Shown: positions 25,026 to 27,803 of the stretch, piece after piece | Layout of the letters: each line of letters begins with the position of its first letter | Position numbering within the stretch: position 1 is the first letter of the stretch | Source: Candidatus Heimdallarchaeota archaeon | Lineage (GTDB): Archaea > Asgardarchaeota > Heimdallarchaeia > Heimdallarchaeales > Heimdallarchaeaceae | Length of the DNA stretch: 27,803 nt | Direction: 5' to 3' | Assembly: GCA_019057375.1 (NCBI GenBank) | Contig: DXJF01000126.1 | Coordinates: forward strand, 1-27,803 | Made by a program: the position numbers and the translations under genes | The notes under the pieces: model-generated | Told to the model about the DNA's origin: nothing | Databases searched by the model: none | What the model saw: the letters and a program-made list of their open reading frames with translations, nothing else

Positions 25026-27803
25026 AAAATTCATAGGCTCGAACAAATCCATATATTCCATAAGAAAAGGGGGAAAAATTACTCTCTACGCTGCATTCAT
25101 AGTTAAACCACACAAAGAATCAACTGATGAAGCGCCAGACAAGAGAAATTATTGGAGGAAAGACCAAGAATTAAATGAAAAACTTCCATCTGTTCTTTCC
25201 GTACTAACTCAAGTTAAGAGATTAAAAACATCCCTTCACCGATTATTTCTTCCAGGGAATGTCAAACGCAAAAGTCAATCAGAAAATGAAGTTAAGAAAA
25301 CAGCTGATTCTTCACTCCTCGATCAGCTCTTTAAAGAAAAAAACAAGAACATCAACGTTAAACTATCGTTCTATCTGTTAAAAACATGGAAGCAGTATGA
25401 TATTTCTGAATCGTTCCAGACAATAGAGGATCTAGTGGAAGATTTTGTTTCTCTTTTAAGAAATGAATTAAAGCAGAAATTAGAAAGTGTTGGGAATATT
25501 GGTAGATTATTAGATACCACACTAGAAGAATTGGTCCTTTATGGAACCCTAGATAAAACAAATTTTCTAGCTTCTGGAAAAAAACTGTTCAGTGAGTTAA
25601 CTAAAGATTATTCTGTAATTGAAAGGGATAATCAGTTTCATAAAAGTTTCATGCCTGGTCCAGCTGTTGATAAAAGACCAGATGTAATGTTTTCATTTCC
25701 TACAGGAATAGTATCCGATCAATTAGCAATACTTGGAATAACAGAAAATGAGTCCATGATTGGATTGCCTGAGAATGCATCCTATCCCATTTTAATTGCA
25801 GGAGATAAAAAAACACGAGAAATAATTACCTGCAAATTATTGGAACAAAATAAGAGATTTATCATTCTTGATCCTAGGATGAATCTAGAATTTGAGGATC
25901 GGCTAAATGTCCCAATTGAGAGCTTGAATCTTGGAGAAAACTTCTTCCTAAATGTTTTAGCTCCTTTACTGAATGAGCACGTTCCAGAGAAACTTTCTTC
26001 TCAGTATCTGGGGAATTTCATTGATCTTGTTAAATTAATAAGTGATGTAAGAAATGATGGAGCTGTTCTTTTACGAGATTTAATTGACTTTTATACAAAT
26101 GAGTATCATGAAGAGCAAGATGATATCTTGTTTCCTCATAATGAAACCAATGTCTCTCTGAATGATCTTTATACTATGCTAACTGTTGAACCTGGAGGTT
26201 TAGTAATTACAGATTATCAACTTTCGATAATTAGATCACTTATCAACGAAATCAGAGATCCAAGTATTTCAACAAATACATCTGTAAAAGACACAAAAGG
26301 TTTACAAGAATTGTTCACTAGTAACAAAGTGATAAATTTCAGCTCTCAAGGATACAAAATTCAGCGTTTGTTCATCTACTCGTTTCTATTACAACTTTCA
26401 ACTTATGATCAAATATCTAAAGATGATGAAGAAATAATAATTTACATTGATGATGCAGAACTCTTTTTCTCTCACAATACAGATAAATCAATTCTGGCTC
26501 ATATTATAAAGAAATTGGAAAATAGTAGATTCAAGGTAGTTTTATCAACACCATATCCATCTCATTTAGCTTCCCAAATCTTCGATCTAACTTTTAATCG
26601 AATCATAGGGAATTTAAAATCTGCAAGATGTGTTAAGTTAATTTCAGACTCACACGGTTTTGGAATAAATCAGGTAGATTTCATTAGGAGACTTCCAAAG
26701 AACAAATTTATGCTGTTAAGAGAAGATTTAACAGAAAAACCTTTGTTGCTTCAAATACTTCCAGATGACATTGAAAGACATGAGAATCAACCAATTCAAA
26801 GAAAAGTAAAAGAAGAAACAGAACAAAGTAGAATATCAGAAAAAGATAGCGAAAAGATTCGTCTAAATTATGAAGATTTTGCTCAACTACATCCGATAAT
26901 GATTGATATTCTTTCAAAACTTTCTTCCAAAGTTAATAGGGGAATCAACACAGAATCAATTGTAAATATCTTTCCTAAATGGTCGAAAAATGAGGTAAAG
27001 GAAGCTATTTCAGCTTTAGAGATGTTTGGATATATCTTCTTTGAAACCGTAGACTCCAAAGGAAGAAAAAATGAATTTTGGACAAAAATCACCCCTAGAG
27101 GAAAGAAGTTTCTTGACAAACTTAAGTTTTCTAAATTAGTTGATTCCAGCAATAAAGAAGTAGATTCAAGTGATGCAGAGAAAAATGAAGTATCTGAGAG
27201 GATGGTGGAATTCATTGAATCACCAACTGTTATTCAAAGACAGGATCAAGAAGCAGGATCAATTATTATCAAAAAACTGAAAGTTATTAGAAAAATTGTT
27301 CGTGAAACTAGAGATTCAGCAGATATTCCTTTTAACAAATTAGAAATATTAAATTCTTTCTTAACTCAAGTTGAACCATTGCTTTCTGGAGATTATTCAA
27401 CAGAAAAGGATAAGCTTCAGAAGTTCTTAGATTCTTTACAAAACCTGCTAGATGAAGAGAAATCAGTTGAAAGTATGCCACAAAAGATTCTTCAACAAAT
27501 CTTCCAGAAAGCATTATCGATAATTGATGCTATTCAAATAAGAGCAACTTATGGGGAGGAAACAAGCTCTTCGAAAGATGAAGAATTTATTGATAAGATC
27601 ATTGAGACTGAATTAGGTTCTGACAAATGGAAGGAGTTTAACAGAGATATCTTTCTTACGGAAATCCCAGAACTGTCTTCGATATCAAGAGATAAAGAAC
27701 AAATACTAGAATTGTTAAAGTCTGAGTTTCCAGAAGAGGTTTTGAAAGGGCTTGAATTATCTTCAAACCTACCTAAAGAGGAATTTATTGAAACTACTAG
27801 AAA
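24994..27803 (+). CDS. Large (>936 aa, partial) HerA/VirB4-like protein with degenerate Walker A and an internal winged helix; absent from the ORF track
   Basis: Manual translation is open from ATG 24994 to the window end; ILDPR, Walker-B-like IYIDDAE, LSTPYPSHL..IF, wHTH (EVKEAISALEMFGYI...KITPRGKKFL). Confidence 0.8.
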   Translation, partial: MSSLMSKKKHKKFIGSNKSIYSIRKGGKITLYAAFIVKPHKESTDEAPDKRNYWRKDQELNEKLPSVLSVLTQVKRLKTSLHRLFLPGNVKRKSQSENEVKKTADSSLLDQLFKEKNKNINVKLSFYLLKTWKQYDISESFQTIEDLVEDFVSLLRNELKQKLESVGNIGRLLDTTLEELVLYGTLDKTNFLASGKKLFSELTKDYSVIERDNQFHKSFMPGPAVDKRPDVMFSFPTGIVSDQLAILGITENESMIGLPENASYPILIAGDKKTREIITCKLLEQNKRFIILDPRMNLEFEDRLNVPIESLNLGENFFLNVLAPLLNEHVPEKLSSQYLGNFIDLVKLISDVRNDGAVLLRDLIDFYTNEYHEEQDDILFPHNETNVSLNDLYTMLTVEPGGLVITDYQLSIIRSLINEIRDPSISTNTSVKDTKGLQELFTSNKVINFSSQGYKIQRLFIYSFLLQLSTYDQISKDDEEIIIYIDDAELFFSHNTDKSILAHIIKKLENSRFKVVLSTPYPSHLASQIFDLTFNRIIGNLKSARCVKLISDSHGFGINQVDFIRRLPKNKFMLLREDLTEKPLLLQILPDDIERHENQPIQRKVKEETEQSRISEKDSEKIRLNYEDFAQLHPIMIDILSKLSSKVNRGINTESIVNIFPKWSKNEVKEAISALEMFGYIFFETVDSKGRKNEFWTKITPRGKKFLDKLKFSKLVDSSNKEVDSSDAEKNEVSERMVEFIESPTVIQRQDQEAGSIIIKKLKVIRKIVRETRDSADIPFNKLEILNSFLTQVEPLLSGDYSTEKDKLQKFLDSLQNLLDEEKSVESMPQKILQQIFQKALSIIDAIQIRATYGEETSSSKDEEFIDKIIETELGSDKWKEFNRDIFLTEIPELSSISRDKEQILELLKSEFPEEVLKGLELSSNLPKEEFIETTR

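Noticed and set aside
1437-27514. Short overlapping or antisense ORFs in the track (for example 1437, 5288, 5537, 7698, 8956, 9531, 11235, 11631, 12378, 13317, 16062, 17673, 18372, 19195, 19770, 20713, 22470, 22932, 25358, 26708, 26883, 27332)
   Set aside because: Shadow frames of longer motif-bearing genes, with no RBS or recognisable motifs
1-27803. tRNA, rRNA, integrase or transposase genes
   Set aside because: No cloverleaf, rRNA-like or recombinase catalytic motifs seen by eye

Overview
AT-rich archaeal window. TATA boxes about 25-30 nt upstream of leaderless starts, GGAGG/GGTGA RBSs and the gene content point to an Asgard (Heimdallarchaeia-like) genome; this assignment is inference. 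(1) 1-6100: HD phosphohydrolase, PAS histidine kinase, GPH-family MFS transporter and a multi-TM glycerophosphodiesterase resembling eukaryotic GDE2/GDPD5. (2) 6350-10640: a tandem array of three paralogous ~160-aa membrane proteins interleaved with decayed copies of a radical SAM 5' end, followed by an intact radical SAM/SPASM gene and a methyltransferase-TPR gene. (3) 10800-17100: an MFS gene whose last 162 bp recur 4980 bp downstream. The repeats bracket an integrase-free island encoding a PIP-box mini-protein, a frameshifted PycTM/DUF5706-like effector, a Cap12-like TIR gene split by a 39-bp duplication plus a 38-bp insert, and a subtilase with a partner gene. (4) 17350-27803: membrane proteins and a six-gene operon of surface glycoprotein, two membrane proteins, RadB-like ATPase, PD-(D/E)XK-like protein and a large HerA/VirB4-like protein with degenerate Walker A. 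The last ORF runs off the window and is missing from the ORF track. No rRNA, tRNA or true CRISPR array was seen. All family assignments are from manual motif reading, not database searches.
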